The notes beneath the pieces were generated by a model. That model made no database searches, was not told the origin of the DNA, and saw only the letters and a program-made list of their open reading frames with translations. Both the position numbers and the translations under genes were made by a program. A stretch of DNA of 64,000 nucleotides from an uncultured Verrucomicrobiota bacterium (GTDB taxonomy: Bacteria > Verrucomicrobiota > Verrucomicrobiia > JABWAM01): the NCBI GenBank assembly GCA_964475835.1, contig CAYYYL010000011.1, positions 22,494 through 86,493 on the forward strand, given 5' to 3'. Below are positions 48,849 to 59,140 of this stretch, piece after piece (the first letter of the stretch is position 1; each line of letters begins with the position of its first letter).

Positions 48849-51578
48849 CTAAGGAGCATAGTCACCCACACCCGCCACCTCCCATTCCACAGGAAGAGGA
48901 AAACTTGAAAAACCTTTTGAGACCGTGCCGTTCATGTAAATGAACCGTCCCTCCCCCGTGGTCCGATTCTGGATGACAATATCCGTCTGACCGTCCCCAT
49001 CGTAATCGCCGGTGCATGCCACCCTCCAACCCGCAGGCAGCGGAGGCAGACTCACAAGACTTGTGGCATAGTCGTCACGAATAATAATGATTTGAATCTC
49101 ACCTGTGACAAGATTTTGCAGGAGAAGATCGCTCACCTTGTCCTGACTGAAACGGCCAGCACCCACCAGTTGCCATGCCACAGGAACGGTTCCAAGGTCG
49201 ACTGTTGCAAAAGCCTGCGTCCCACTCATGAGCATGATTCCACGCTGGCCCGTGGTCTGATTCTGAATCAGGACATCCGCGCGCCCATCCCCATTGAAAT
49301 CCGCCACCCCTCCGACTCGCCAGTCTGTGGAAGCGGTGAAAAGAAGCGTCGAGGAGACGATCGTCGTTCCATCCAGAAGGGAAATCACTTTTTGTCCCGT
49401 GGAGTTATTCTGCCAGATGTAATCGGTTTTCCCATCGGCGTTGAAATCACCCAGTCCCGCAATCTGCCATTCCTTCGGGATGATTCCCGTTAGCGACGCA
49501 AGCGCCTGGCCATTCATCCAGATCGCATGGTCTCCTGTGAGACGATTCTGCAGCGCAAGATCGGCCCGACCATCCCGATTAAAATCCGGTGAAATGGCGG
49601 GATCGTGTCGGGCCAGATTCCACATCGACTGAATTGAAAAATACCCAGGCCGAAGAACCCGGGCATAGGGGCTGTTGGAACCCGTGCTTTGGGAAGCCAC
49701 GCCGAGCCATTCCTCGTAGTCCCAGCCATCCAGAAAGGGCATGCTGGCCTGGGGCACCATGTCATGCTTGTTGGGACTCAACGTCTGGTACTGCGAAAGC
49801 CGCGCTGCATACCAGGCCGGCAGAGCCTGTTTGATTTTATCGGGAACGTCTCCCCCCTTCCACCATTCATCCGTGAACTCAAAAAGCACTCCCCCAATGG
49901 AATTTCCCTCACCAAATCCCGATTGATGAGCCAGGATATCCTCCCAACTGTTGGCAAGATACATGGCCTGAAAAGCCTCTGCCTGCGATCGCGTGTAAGT
50001 GTCGGAAAAAGCGGAACACCCAAATTCACTCAAAAATGCCGGCCTATCCAGTTGCTCGCGCACGTCCCGGAAAAAACTGCGTCCAAAGCCACCGCTTCCA
50101 CGATAGGAATTGGCGCTGAAAACATCGACGTTCGGACAGTTGGCCTTTACGCGATCGAGCGATCCCACCTCGCCATTGCAGAGGGCCACGGGACGCGTGG
50201 GATCCAGTTGATGAATCAATTGCGCCGCACGATCGACAAACTGATAGTACGCGTCCGGTTTCGTATTCGCATTCGTGCCCACCCCATAGTTGTTCTCATT
50301 GCCCAAAACCCACATGATCACATAAGGTTCATCCCTTGCGTCCAGGACCATCTGCTGCACACTGTCGAGCATCGCCTGCTGTTGCACCGGATTTTCATAG
50401 TCCGTCAGCCCTCCCGCAGTTCCATTTCCGATTCCATAGGCGCCGAAAAAATCTCCACACAAAACATAGAGCCCATAGTCCTGATACAATTTCCGAAGGA
50501 GTGTTTTATCGTAAAGATGATGATAGGCCCGGATTGTGTTCACCCCCATGTCCTTGAGGAGTTTGGCATCCCCCACGATCGCCTCATTGGAATCACGAGT
50601 TCCATTTTCATTCACGTCCACATAGGACTCGAACAACACATCGTTCGTTCCATTGCCGTTGTAATCCACGATCTGCCAGTCCTTCTCAGGATGCGCCGTC
50701 CCGTTATTGGCGTCCAAACCGACTTTCGTGGGCGAATAAGACACTCCCTTGATCATGAACGGCTTTCCGTCCACAAAAAGCTCCCAATGGCCGTTCTGGT
50801 ATTTCCGCACCTGTGTCTTGCTTCCGCCCAGAGTTTTCACCACAGGTAGTTGTCCTGCAAATACTGGAACATCGAGCTGGGATCCAGTCACTAACTGACC
50901 AGGCGTGACTCGAAACACATCGTTGGTTGTTATATTATCATATTTGCCATCCATATCGATCTTCGCTCCAACAAAGCGCATGTTGAGCTCGGGATGATGA
51001 CGCAAAAGCACTTCGATGTGATCCACGGCGGACAGGGCTGGATACCAGGGATCGCCGAGCAGGGTGAACGAAATCGTTCGGGGATAGTGCACGATCAGGG
51101 CCTGAAACGCCTTGATCGCCGCATCGTACAAACCCGCATTCTCCAGATTGTTGGCGATGTAGAACAATTTCACCCCAGGATCCTCACCCGTGGTCGCCCA
51201 CTTGTAAAAATTCAGTGCCGCCGTATTGCCGGTGTAATCCCAGTGACTTCCCCCCAGCTTGCCTTGCGACACCAACTGCTGATACGTCGGATCATTGAAC
51301 ACCGTAACATTGGGGTAAATCCCTTCCCCCACCGCCTGGGCCAGACCGACCGCATTTGTTATCGTGTACTGATACCCCGCCGTTCCCACTCCCGTGAAAA
51401 CACCGTATTTGGTGTAATCCACCGGTCCCGCAGGCGCCGGAAATGCCAGCGTCAACACATCCTCACTGGGCACCACCTCGGCACGCGTCGTGGGCCTCGC
51501 GAGGCCTGAATAACAACCCCAGCCCGCCAGAAAAAAGAACACACAAAAGGACAGTTTTTTGTACAAAGAATTTTTCAT
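48849..51578 (-). CDS. secreted clan GH-A glycoside hydrolase (GH2/GH5-like TIM barrel) fused to C-terminal FG-GAP/VCBS repeats
   Basis: 909 aa; signal peptide; DGKPFMIKGVSYSP, acid/base WVLGNENNY, nucleophile-like FLSEFGCS, LFEFTDEWWKGG; C-terminal ~300 aa with six DFNxDGxxD FG-GAP units. Confidence 0.65.
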   Translation of the reverse strand: MKNSLYKKLSFCVFFFLAGWGCYSGLARPTTRAEVVPSEDVLTLAFPAPAGPVDYTKYGVFTGVGTAGYQYTITNAVGLAQAVGEGIYPNVTVFNDPTYQQLVSQGKLGGSHWDYTGNTAALNFYKWATTGEDPGVKLFYIANNLENAGLYDAAIKAFQALIVHYPRTISFTLLGDPWYPALSAVDHIEVLLRHHPELNMRFVGAKIDMDGKYDNITTNDVFRVTPGQLVTGSQLDVPVFAGQLPVVKTLGGSKTQVRKYQNGHWELFVDGKPFMIKGVSYSPTKVGLDANNGTAHPEKDWQIVDYNGNGTNDVLFESYVDVNENGTRDSNEAIVGDAKLLKDMGVNTIRAYHHLYDKTLLRKLYQDYGLYVLCGDFFGAYGIGNGTAGGLTDYENPVQQQAMLDSVQQMVLDARDEPYVIMWVLGNENNYGVGTNANTKPDAYYQFVDRAAQLIHQLDPTRPVALCNGEVGSLDRVKANCPNVDVFSANSYRGSGGFGRSFFRDVREQLDRPAFLSEFGCSAFSDTYTRSQAEAFQAMYLANSWEDILAHQSGFGEGNSIGGVLFEFTDEWWKGGDVPDKIKQALPAWYAARLSQYQTLSPNKHDMVPQASMPFLDGWDYEEWLGVASQSTGSNSPYARVLRPGYFSIQSMWNLARHDPAISPDFNRDGRADLALQNRLTGDHAIWMNGQALASLTGIIPKEWQIAGLGDFNADGKTDYIWQNNSTGQKVISLLDGTTIVSSTLLFTASTDWRVGGVADFNGDGRADVLIQNQTTGQRGIMLMSGTQAFATVDLGTVPVAWQLVGAGRFSQDKVSDLLLQNLVTGEIQIIIIRDDYATSLVSLPPLPAGWRVACTGDYDGDGQTDIVIQNRTTGEGRFIYMNGTVSKGFSSFPLPVEWEVAGVGDYAP

Positions 51579-51737
51579 AAAGCGCCTTGAATCTTACAGA
51601 ACCATTTCCCCACCATCCACCCGCACCCTTCATGGTGATGGGATTCGACGATGTTTGCAAGGCAAGGAATGAGTCCGTATCAGAAACCATCATGCCGCCC
51701 CAGCATGCAAGATTATCAGGAGCGATCGTGAGGCTCC

Positions 51738-52808
51738 CTACCAATCTTTGATGATCTTGGTGGGGCTTGGCAGCGGCTCGCCCTTCACCTCTTTGACGTA
51801 TCCATCGACATGCTGACTTTCCATGGAAGCAGCCTTGTCGAGGACGCTCTGACTTTCCGGTTTCAAACCGGATCCGCCCTGGTTCGAGGCGCTCCTTCCC
51901 CCGCTTAGGACGGGCGCTGCCCCTGTTCGGGTGGCGGTGATGGAGGGCAGCTTTTTATCCGTGGGATTTTTATCGTCGAGGCTATGATCACCGGCCGTCT
52001 TTCCCTGGGGCCCCTCCACCCCCTGTCCTCCTGGATTTGGAGCCGCCGTCGGATCGTTTCCTGGGCCTCCACCTCCGGCCCCCGGATTTCCCCCTGGAGT
52101 TCCATCCCCCTGCCCTCCTCCTCCTGGATTTGCGGGATCCTGGCCATGATCACCCCCTCCGGGATTCCCGTGGTCGCCCGCTCCCGTCGCTCCACCCGTA
52201 TGAATCTCAGGATTCACCGGAACATCCCCACTCCCATCATCCTGTTCCTGACCCGTTCCCCTGCCCGGGCGGGCCTCTTGTTGAGCCCCCTTCCCCCCCA
52301 CCCCGTTTCCACCTCCCGGAGCGGAACGCTTTTTCGCGAGATCGTCACTCCGCCGCCTTTCCACATCCACCGCCTTTTTCTTTCGCAACAGGAGCTCCAG
52401 ATTGTGCTTCGTATCGGCATCCGTCGGGGAGATTCGCAGCGCCTCCTTGTACGAGGCAATGGCCTGATCCAGAACTGCATTCCCCTGTTTGGAAAACACA
52501 TACGTCGTCCCCAGATTGAAGAGCGTGCGTGATTTCAGGGCGGATGATTCGGTCCCAAGGGCCTTCTCATAAAACGAGAGTGATTGTTTGAATGCAGCAT
52601 CCGACTGGGAAAGCTGCTTGTGATACACATTCCCCAGATTGAAGGCGACCTCGCTCGCCCCCTTCTCCAGCGCTTCGGCCTCCAGGTAAAGCTTCGCCGC
52701 TTCCTGGAATCGTCCCTCGTCATAGGATGCATTTCCACGATCCACCAGATCACTGGCCTGCTGGCTCGCAGCCAGCGTCAAAATTAAAAAATGGGTGAGG
52801 GAAATCAT
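51738..52808 (-). CDS. batC: TPR-repeat protein BatC-like with Gly/Pro-rich C-terminal region
   Basis: Start at MISLTHFLILTLAASQQA (signal); 3-4 TPR units; low-complexity GGxG/PG region; position after BatA/BatB. Confidence 0.6.
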   Translation of the reverse strand: MISLTHFLILTLAASQQASDLVDRGNASYDEGRFQEAAKLYLEAEALEKGASEVAFNLGNVYHKQLSQSDAAFKQSLSFYEKALGTESSALKSRTLFNLGTTYVFSKQGNAVLDQAIASYKEALRISPTDADTKHNLELLLRKKKAVDVERRRSDDLAKKRSAPGGGNGVGGKGAQQEARPGRGTGQEQDDGSGDVPVNPEIHTGGATGAGDHGNPGGGDHGQDPANPGGGGQGDGTPGGNPGAGGGGPGNDPTAAPNPGGQGVEGPQGKTAGDHSLDDKNPTDKKLPSITATRTGAAPVLSGGRSASNQGGSGLKPESQSVLDKAASMESQHVDGYVKEVKGEPLPSPTKIIKDW

Positions 52809-53821
52809 GGGGTCTTCACCTTCCGCCGCTCGGAGAGCGTCATCTCGATCAAAAGCAGGATCGTCGCCAGAGCCAGGGGCCATTGATAAAGGTTTTCATA
52901 CTGCACCAGGGAGTCCCTCACGGAACCCCCTTCGATCACAAGTCCAAGTTCATGGAGCAGATCCGGCATCACCTCCTGAACCAATCCCTTTGAAAAACAC
53001 TTGCCCCGTGCGCTGGCGGCGACCCGCTTCAGAAACATCGCATTCATCTTACTATAAACGATTTTACCTGCAGAATCCAGCTTCAGAACCTTCTCCCCAG
53101 CCTTTTCACCAAGGGGGATCGGTCCTCCCTCCACAGTTCCCACTCCCACCACCAACAGGGAGGCACCTGCAGCCTTCACGTCCTCGGAGATGAAGGTGGA
53201 ATCCGTGAACGTATCCTCCCCATCCGTCAGCAGGATGAGAATTTTTGCCTTCCGATGGTGTTCAATCAGGGTGGAAAGCCCCGCCTTCAACCCCGCTCCC
53301 AGGGAGGTTCCCGTGGAGGGAACCAGGTCCGTGCGAATCTCCTGGATCTGCCGCCGCAACAACGCACGGTCCTCCGTCAGGGGTGAAAAAAGGATGGTCT
53401 TGCCTGAAAATCCCACGACTCCAAATCGATCCACGGGGGCGGACTCCACCACCTGCCGCATCACCTCCTTCGCCTGCTCCAGACGCGAAGGCTTGACGTC
53501 CTCCGTCAGCATGCTGAGCGAAACATCCACCACAAAAACCAGGTCCACTCCGCGGCGCTCAATTCCCAACGTTCTTGCCAGCGTCTGGGGCTGCGCGAGA
53601 GCCAGCACCCCAAGCCCCATGACCAGCACCAATAACAGATTCTTCAGGAACCGCTTCCATCCGTTTCGCGACTCCATCAGTCGCTTGACTAATTCAGGCT
53701 CCCCCAAACGCCTCAGCAATCTCCCTTTTTGCAGGGAAACCCCCACCAGGATGACAATCATCACCCCCACCCCCCAGAGAAGGGAAAGCAACTCAGGATA
53801 TAGCCAGTGGATGGGAATCAT
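52805..53821 (-). CDS. batB: VWA-domain membrane protein BatB
   Basis: Start at MIPIHWLYPELLSLLWGV; two N-terminal TM helices; VWA MIDAS motif DLVFVVDVSLSM; 4-nt overlap with batA stop. Confidence 0.75.
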   Translation of the reverse strand: MIPIHWLYPELLSLLWGVGVMIVILVGVSLQKGRLLRRLGEPELVKRLMESRNGWKRFLKNLLLVLVMGLGVLALAQPQTLARTLGIERRGVDLVFVVDVSLSMLTEDVKPSRLEQAKEVMRQVVESAPVDRFGVVGFSGKTILFSPLTEDRALLRRQIQEIRTDLVPSTGTSLGAGLKAGLSTLIEHHRKAKILILLTDGEDTFTDSTFISEDVKAAGASLLVVGVGTVEGGPIPLGEKAGEKVLKLDSAGKIVYSKMNAMFLKRVAASARGKCFSKGLVQEVMPDLLHELGLVIEGGSVRDSLVQYENLYQWPLALATILLLIEMTLSERRKVKTP

Positions 53822-54804
53822 GGGAGCCTTTGAAACCATACCCGATCGAGGAGGGTGGCCCCCACCAGCCAAGCGAGCCCGGTGGCAGCCAGCCAGAAGA
53901 AGTGGTCCCGCGGATGCCGGACGGTGGTGGTGGTGATCTGATAGTCCTCCAGGGAATGGATTTCATGCATCACCCTTCCAAGAGCCTGGACGTCGGGCGC
54001 CCGGTAGTAAATCCCCCCCGTGCGTCGGGCCACTTGAAACAAGGTTCGCTCATCCATCACGCCCGAACCCGGCTTGTATCGCGGTTCCTCATGCGGGATG
54101 ATATCCTCCGCCTTTACTCCCATCCCGACCGAATAGATCGGCACCCCCATCTCCCGGGCCACCTTCCATGCGTCCTCCGTTCGCAACTCCGGACTCGACA
54201 CATCGTTCCCGTCCGAAATAAGAACCGCCACACTCCGCCGCTCCTTGAACGCCGTCAAATGACTCAATCCCGAGGCAATCGCGGCACCATACCACCTCCC
54301 ATCCCCTCCCGGACCGGAATCAAGCTGCTCCAGCCGCTTCAGGAAAAATGTCTGATCCGATGTCGTGGGGCAAAGCAACATCGGACTCCCACTGAATGCC
54401 ACCAATCCGAAACTGTCGTAGGGACGCCCCTTCACAAACGAAGCAATCGCCTCCTCCACCTCCTTGAGACAGCTTTGTCTTCCAAATGCACGACTCTGCA
54501 TCCCCACGCTGGTATCCACAATGAACACAAACTCCGTCGCCCGTCCTACCGGTTGCGCCTCCACCTCCATGGTCTGGGGACGGGCAAGTGCCAGGATAAA
54601 CAAAATCACCGGAACGAACCGTTTCAATAGATGCCAATGCCTCCAGGAACTGTATTTTCGATGCTTCACCTCCACCTCTTTTAAAAGAGGCAGATACGAA
54701 AAGAGCAGGGACGGCTCCCGCCCCAAACGCCCCTTCGCCAGAAACCAGAAAATCACCAGCGTGGGAAGGAACAACCCAAGGAACCAGGGAGAGGTGAACG
54801 TCAT
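53818..54804 (-). CDS. batA: VWA-domain membrane protein BatA
   Basis: Start at MTFTSPWFLGLFLPTLVIFWFL; VWA MIDAS FVFIVDTSVGM; 4-nt overlaps at both ends. Confidence 0.75.
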   Translation of the reverse strand: MTFTSPWFLGLFLPTLVIFWFLAKGRLGREPSLLFSYLPLLKEVEVKHRKYSSWRHWHLLKRFVPVILFILALARPQTMEVEAQPVGRATEFVFIVDTSVGMQSRAFGRQSCLKEVEEAIASFVKGRPYDSFGLVAFSGSPMLLCPTTSDQTFFLKRLEQLDSGPGGDGRWYGAAIASGLSHLTAFKERRSVAVLISDGNDVSSPELRTEDAWKVAREMGVPIYSVGMGVKAEDIIPHEEPRYKPGSGVMDERTLFQVARRTGGIYYRAPDVQALGRVMHEIHSLEDYQITTTTVRHPRDHFFWLAATGLAWLVGATLLDRVWFQRLP

Positions 54805-55946
54805 GGTTTGCCCTCCCCTTCCTCCATCTCCTGCTCCTTCGATGGATTGGCATCCGTATGCACAACAAACGACCAGCACCACTCCCAAAGTTCCTGACTC
54901 GCCACCAACGAAGCGCCACGTGACGAAAATTTGAAATAGTCGCTCCGCCTCAATATGGTCTCCATCCAGCGAACCACATCCTCGTTGAGAGCCTGTTCCT
55001 TGGCCACGGATACCAATTCGGTGGTTGTTCTTTCAAATGTCTGCAGCCCGTAACGGCGCCGGATATAGCGACGAAAAATTTCCGAAAGCTCCAGATGAAA
55101 GGGGCGCATGGATGTTTGAAACGACATCCGCGAATGGGGAGTTGCACCTTCCTTCATGACTTTAAGCGCCGCGGCGGAAAGCTTCTCCATCGAGCCCCCC
55201 CCCGAAGCCTTTTGCAGCCTGGACTCCACATCCATGAACAAAACCGCGTGCCTCTGATAAAGTTCATGCAAGGACTTCATCGCCTCAGTCGTGGGATCCA
55301 CACTCTCCTCCTTCGTCGCGGGTTCCTCCCGGAGCTTTCGTTTGCGACGAAGGTAGAGGTAGAGCAGGCAAAGCAAAATCAATAGGATCAGCAGCCAGAA
55401 CGCATAGTGCTCATACCATGGAACATTCAGGGTCACTGGCCCCTTGATCGGTCGAAACACTTCATCCCCGGGTTTCAACACGGATTCCACCCGCACCGGC
55501 ACTTCGTCCGTTCTCAACTCGATCGATCGCCCCTTTCCGATCAAGGTGAACGGGATCTGGGGAACCTTGAAGTCGCCGACTTCAAACACGGTGCAGACAA
55601 TGGTATACGATTCCACCACCTCGGATCCCGACCGCCGACGGGGCGATGGGCGCATTCGACGGAACTCAAATGGATCCAACGCCAGGGGAATCGACGGGGG
55701 AACCAGCGTGTAGTCGAGATCATGTTCGATGCGCACCGTCAGCCTCAACTCGCCACCAATCGTGATCGGACCGGAAGGATCCACCTTCATTTGCAAATGA
55801 TAAATGGCCTCCGCATTCAACCCACCCGCCAGAACGCACCAAAGACCAAACACCAGCATCAACCCCCGACGACGGAGGAAAGTCGATTGGACAAATGCAC
55901 TTGCGCGATGACGAAACCGGGTCATGAATGCTTGAGGGTGGTTCAC
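54801..55946 (-). CDS. DUF4381-like membrane protein of the Bat/MoxR operon
   Basis: 381 aa; N-terminal signal/TM, central TM (AFWLLILLILLCLLYLYLRRKRK), position between DUF58 and BatA as in canonical Bat operons. Confidence 0.5.
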   Translation of the reverse strand: MNHPQAFMTRFRHRASAFVQSTFLRRRGLMLVFGLWCVLAGGLNAEAIYHLQMKVDPSGPITIGGELRLTVRIEHDLDYTLVPPSIPLALDPFEFRRMRPSPRRRSGSEVVESYTIVCTVFEVGDFKVPQIPFTLIGKGRSIELRTDEVPVRVESVLKPGDEVFRPIKGPVTLNVPWYEHYAFWLLILLILLCLLYLYLRRKRKLREEPATKEESVDPTTEAMKSLHELYQRHAVLFMDVESRLQKASGGGSMEKLSAAALKVMKEGATPHSRMSFQTSMRPFHLELSEIFRRYIRRRYGLQTFERTTTELVSVAKEQALNEDVVRWMETILRRSDYFKFSSRGASLVASQELWEWCWSFVVHTDANPSKEQEMEEGEGKP

Positions 55947-55965
55947 ACTCGGATCTGCCTGGTTT

Positions 55966-56862
55966 CTAAGCCTTGATGCGCGCCTGTCGCATGCCGAAGA
56001 ATTTCACCAGGGGGTCCACATAAGGCTGGTCGGTGGAAATGGTGATGTGATCGATGTTGCAGGATTTGAAGAGCCGGTCGCGCTTCGCATAGTGGGCGTC
56101 CACCTCCTGGCGGAGTCGCTGTCGCCACGCGGGACGCGAGGAATTGATGCGCATCAGTTCACCCGTCTCAGCATCCTCAAGGTTCACCAGCCCCAACGGC
56201 GGAAAGTCCCGCTCCACCCGATCCTCAAGAGCGATGCAGATGATGTCGTGCTTACTGTGGGATGCCCGCAACTCCCGATCGTAATCCTTTGCAAGAAAGT
56301 CGCTGAAAAGGAAGACTGTCGCATGAGATCGGAAGATTTCATTCAACCCGCGCAATCCACGCGACAGATTCGTTCCGCGATGCTTCGGTTTGAAGGTCAG
56401 AATCTCATGAATCACCCGCAACACATGCTTGCGGCCCTTCTTCGGCTTGATGAAGCGCTCGATCTCTTCTGTGAAAATCAGAAGCCCCACATGGTCCCCA
56501 TTGAAAATCGCCGCGTACGCCAGAATCGCCGCCACCTCCGCCAGGAGCGCGGACTTGGTCTGCTTGTAGGTGCCAAAATCAGAGGACGCACTCGCATCAA
56601 TCAGAAACACCACGGTCAGCTCACGCTCGGGAACAAACTGCTTCATGTACGGAATGCCGACCCGGGCCGTCACCTGCCAGTTGATGAGCCGGACATCATC
56701 CCCCATCGCATATTCGCGAATCCCCGAGAATTCGATTCCGCGGTTCTTGAACACGCTTTTGTACTTCCCTGCGAAAATATTATCGACCAGCCGCCGGGAC
56801 GAGGCCTCGATCTGGCGGATCTTCGCCAGCACCTCCGGACTCATCCCCGAACCAAGATTCAT
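55966..56862 (-). CDS. DUF58-domain protein (MoxR-associated, VWA-like)
   Basis: 298 aa; VRRIEIRTRRLV-like N-terminus (IRQIEASSRRLVDNIFAGKYKSVFKNRGIEFSGIREYAMGDDVRLINW); 4-nt overlap with moxR stop. Confidence 0.75.
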   Translation of the reverse strand: MNLGSGMSPEVLAKIRQIEASSRRLVDNIFAGKYKSVFKNRGIEFSGIREYAMGDDVRLINWQVTARVGIPYMKQFVPERELTVVFLIDASASSDFGTYKQTKSALLAEVAAILAYAAIFNGDHVGLLIFTEEIERFIKPKKGRKHVLRVIHEILTFKPKHRGTNLSRGLRGLNEIFRSHATVFLFSDFLAKDYDRELRASHSKHDIICIALEDRVERDFPPLGLVNLEDAETGELMRINSSRPAWRQRLRQEVDAHYAKRDRLFKSCNIDHITISTDQPYVDPLVKFFGMRQARIKA

Positions 56863-57854
56863 GGCACTCCAAGGGTGTCGAGAATATGCCGGATCACGTC
56901 GTCACCCGTGATCTGCTCCGCATCCGCTTCGTAAGTGAGGCAAAGGCGATGACGCAGAATGTCCGGGGCCACCGCCTTCACATCCTCCGGGATCACAAAC
57001 GAACGCCCCTGGAGAAATGCATAGGCGCGGGCCGCCACATTCAGGGCGATCGTGGCACGCGGCGAGGATCCGTACGAAATCAGATGCTTGATCTTCAACC
57101 CGTACTGGTCCGAGTTCCGCGTCGAATCCACGATATTCACAATATACATCTTCAAGTTGTCCTCGAGGAAGATCTGCTTCACCACCTTCCTCGCATCGAG
57201 AATCTCGCTCACCGACACCGTGGATTGAACCGGGGGAAGCGTCCCAGAAATGCGCTCCATGATCGCATATTCCTCCATCCGACTCGGATAGTTGACGAGC
57301 ACCTTGAAAAGAAACCGGTCCACCTGCGCCTCGGGCAGAGGATAAGTCCCCTCCTGCTCAATGGGATTTTGGGTCGCGAAGACAAAGAACGGGTCCTCCA
57401 GCACGTAGCTCTCCCCGCCGATCGTCACCTGACGCTCCTGCATCGCCTCCAGCAACGCACTCTGCACCTTGGGCGGCGCACGATTGATTTCATCCGCCAG
57501 GATGATGTTGGAGAAAATCGGCCCCTTCTGAATGAAGAACTCGCTCGTTTTCTGATTGTACACCATGGTGCCGACAATGTCGGTGGGCAGAAGGTCCGGG
57601 GTGAACTGAATCCGGCGGAAACTCGCATTGATCGATTCCGCGAGAGTTTTGACCGTCAATGTCTTCGCCAGCCCCGGAGGTCCCTCGAGCAAAATATGCC
57701 CGTTCGCAAGCAACCCGATGATCAGGCGCTCGATCATGTACGACTGCCCGACGATGACCGAACAAATCGAATTTTGGAGATTTCGGATCCCCACACTGTG
57801 AGCTTCGATCAACTCCCGCATCTGAGCCGATTCCTTTTTGGGTAACGAAGTCAT
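56859..57854 (-). CDS. moxR: MoxR-family AAA+ ATPase
   Basis: Start at MTSLPKKESAQMRELIEA; Walker A LLEGPPGLAKT, Walker B ILADEINRAPPKVQSALLEAMQE; 4-nt overlap with upstream GH gene stop. Confidence 0.85.
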   Translation of the reverse strand: MTSLPKKESAQMRELIEAHSVGIRNLQNSICSVIVGQSYMIERLIIGLLANGHILLEGPPGLAKTLTVKTLAESINASFRRIQFTPDLLPTDIVGTMVYNQKTSEFFIQKGPIFSNIILADEINRAPPKVQSALLEAMQERQVTIGGESYVLEDPFFVFATQNPIEQEGTYPLPEAQVDRFLFKVLVNYPSRMEEYAIMERISGTLPPVQSTVSVSEILDARKVVKQIFLEDNLKMYIVNIVDSTRNSDQYGLKIKHLISYGSSPRATIALNVAARAYAFLQGRSFVIPEDVKAVAPDILRHRLCLTYEADAEQITGDDVIRHILDTLGVP

Positions 57855-59140
57855 GGTTGCTTTTGATCGACCGCCCACATGGACTGCAACAATCGATAAG
57901 CCTTGGTGGGAACCCGTCCATCCACTCCATTGGCCTTCTTTGAAGGATCCAGGCGGATGATCCCCCACCATTCTTCATTCATGTTGTTATGCCCGTCCTC
58001 ATCGGCATCGAAATAGTATGCGGGATTGCGCCAGTCAGCGGCGGGCTCCTGCACCAACCAGCTGTTCGGATCCCGGTCATTGCTCTTCCACCATTCGTCG
58101 GTCCACTCGAATAGGGTGCCCCCAATGCAGTTCTTCGTGCCGCCAATAAAGGCGCTGTTTTTCAAAACATCCCGCCACTGGGTCTTGATGAACTCCGCCT
58201 GATGGGTCTCCTCCTCGGTCTGAGTGACCGAATTGAACCGATCCGAACCGAACTCGATCAACATCATCGGCTTGTCGATTTTCTGCTTCACCTCACGGAA
58301 AAGAGTTCCAAAACTCGGCCCGCGATAGGCGATCACCCCGAGCACATCCACATCCCGAGCATACTGGGCGATGCTGTCGATGCTCTTCGTCTCGCCCACT
58401 CCCATGATCACGGGATGGCGGGTGTCGATCTTCTTGATCTCCAGGGCCATGTCGTTGATCCACGTGTAATAAATCTTCGCACGCTCCAGACGGCGCGCCT
58501 CCTCGGTGGGAAGGGCGTCGATTTCCGGAGTGCTCCAGGGACGCAGCCCCAGATCAAAGCTGTAGTTGTTCTCGTTGCCAAGGATCCAACCCAGAATCCC
58601 GGGCTCGTTCTGATACATCCGCACCATCTCCAGCACCTGTTCCTTGGTCTTGTTGCGCGCTTCAGGGTCACTGTAATCCGCAGGCGGCCACTCCCAGAAT
58701 CCAAGGGAATGCCCGAGCAGCGTGAAGATGCCATACTTTTCATGAAGGGTGCGGATCATCCGCTTGCCCTCCTCCGGATTTTTGCTGCTGCGATAAAACC
58801 GAACCGTATTGACGTTCGCCTGCTTCATCAACTCCCCATCGATGTCGATCACCGGGTAACTGTTCGTCCAGAAGTTGAACTGGAAACTCTCCCCCACGGG
58901 CACCGGATTGTAGCAGACCCCGCGGATGAGGAACGGTTTCCCATCCACAAGGAGACGGTATCCATCCGTGCGATCAATGCGGATCTCCGGCATCCCCCCG
59001 ACCTTCTTGTTTTTCAAAATGACAAACAGCGCTCCACCCCCCAGACAAACAAACAACCCCAGACTCAGCCAGACCACCAGCCGGCGACGGGAACGATTCT
59101 CAGACGAAGGAACGGGTTCACTCATAGTAGATGTCATCAA
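57851..59140 (-). CDS. membrane-anchored clan GH-A glycoside hydrolase, paralogue of catalytic domain of 48849..51578
   Basis: 429 aa; N-terminal TM; DGKPFLIRGVCYNP, WILGNENNY, MLIEFGSD, LFEWTDEWWKS shared with the larger GH. Confidence 0.65.
   Translation of the reverse strand: MMTSTMSEPVPSSENRSRRRLVVWLSLGLFVCLGGGALFVILKNKKVGGMPEIRIDRTDGYRLLVDGKPFLIRGVCYNPVPVGESFQFNFWTNSYPVIDIDGELMKQANVNTVRFYRSSKNPEEGKRMIRTLHEKYGIFTLLGHSLGFWEWPPADYSDPEARNKTKEQVLEMVRMYQNEPGILGWILGNENNYSFDLGLRPWSTPEIDALPTEEARRLERAKIYYTWINDMALEIKKIDTRHPVIMGVGETKSIDSIAQYARDVDVLGVIAYRGPSFGTLFREVKQKIDKPMMLIEFGSDRFNSVTQTEEETHQAEFIKTQWRDVLKNSAFIGGTKNCIGGTLFEWTDEWWKSNDRDPNSWLVQEPAADWRNPAYYFDADEDGHNNMNEEWWGIIRLDPSKKANGVDGRVPTKAYRLLQSMWAVDQKQP

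Noticed and set aside
49689-50849. 386-aa plus-strand ORF antisense to the GH/FG-GAP gene
   Set aside because: Antisense to a gene with clear GH-A and FG-GAP motifs. His/Arg/Ile-rich composition.
56047-57845. Two plus-strand ORFs (295 aa and 319 aa) antisense to DUF58 and moxR
   Set aside because: Both are embedded in well-supported Bat-operon genes. Arg/His-rich antisense composition.
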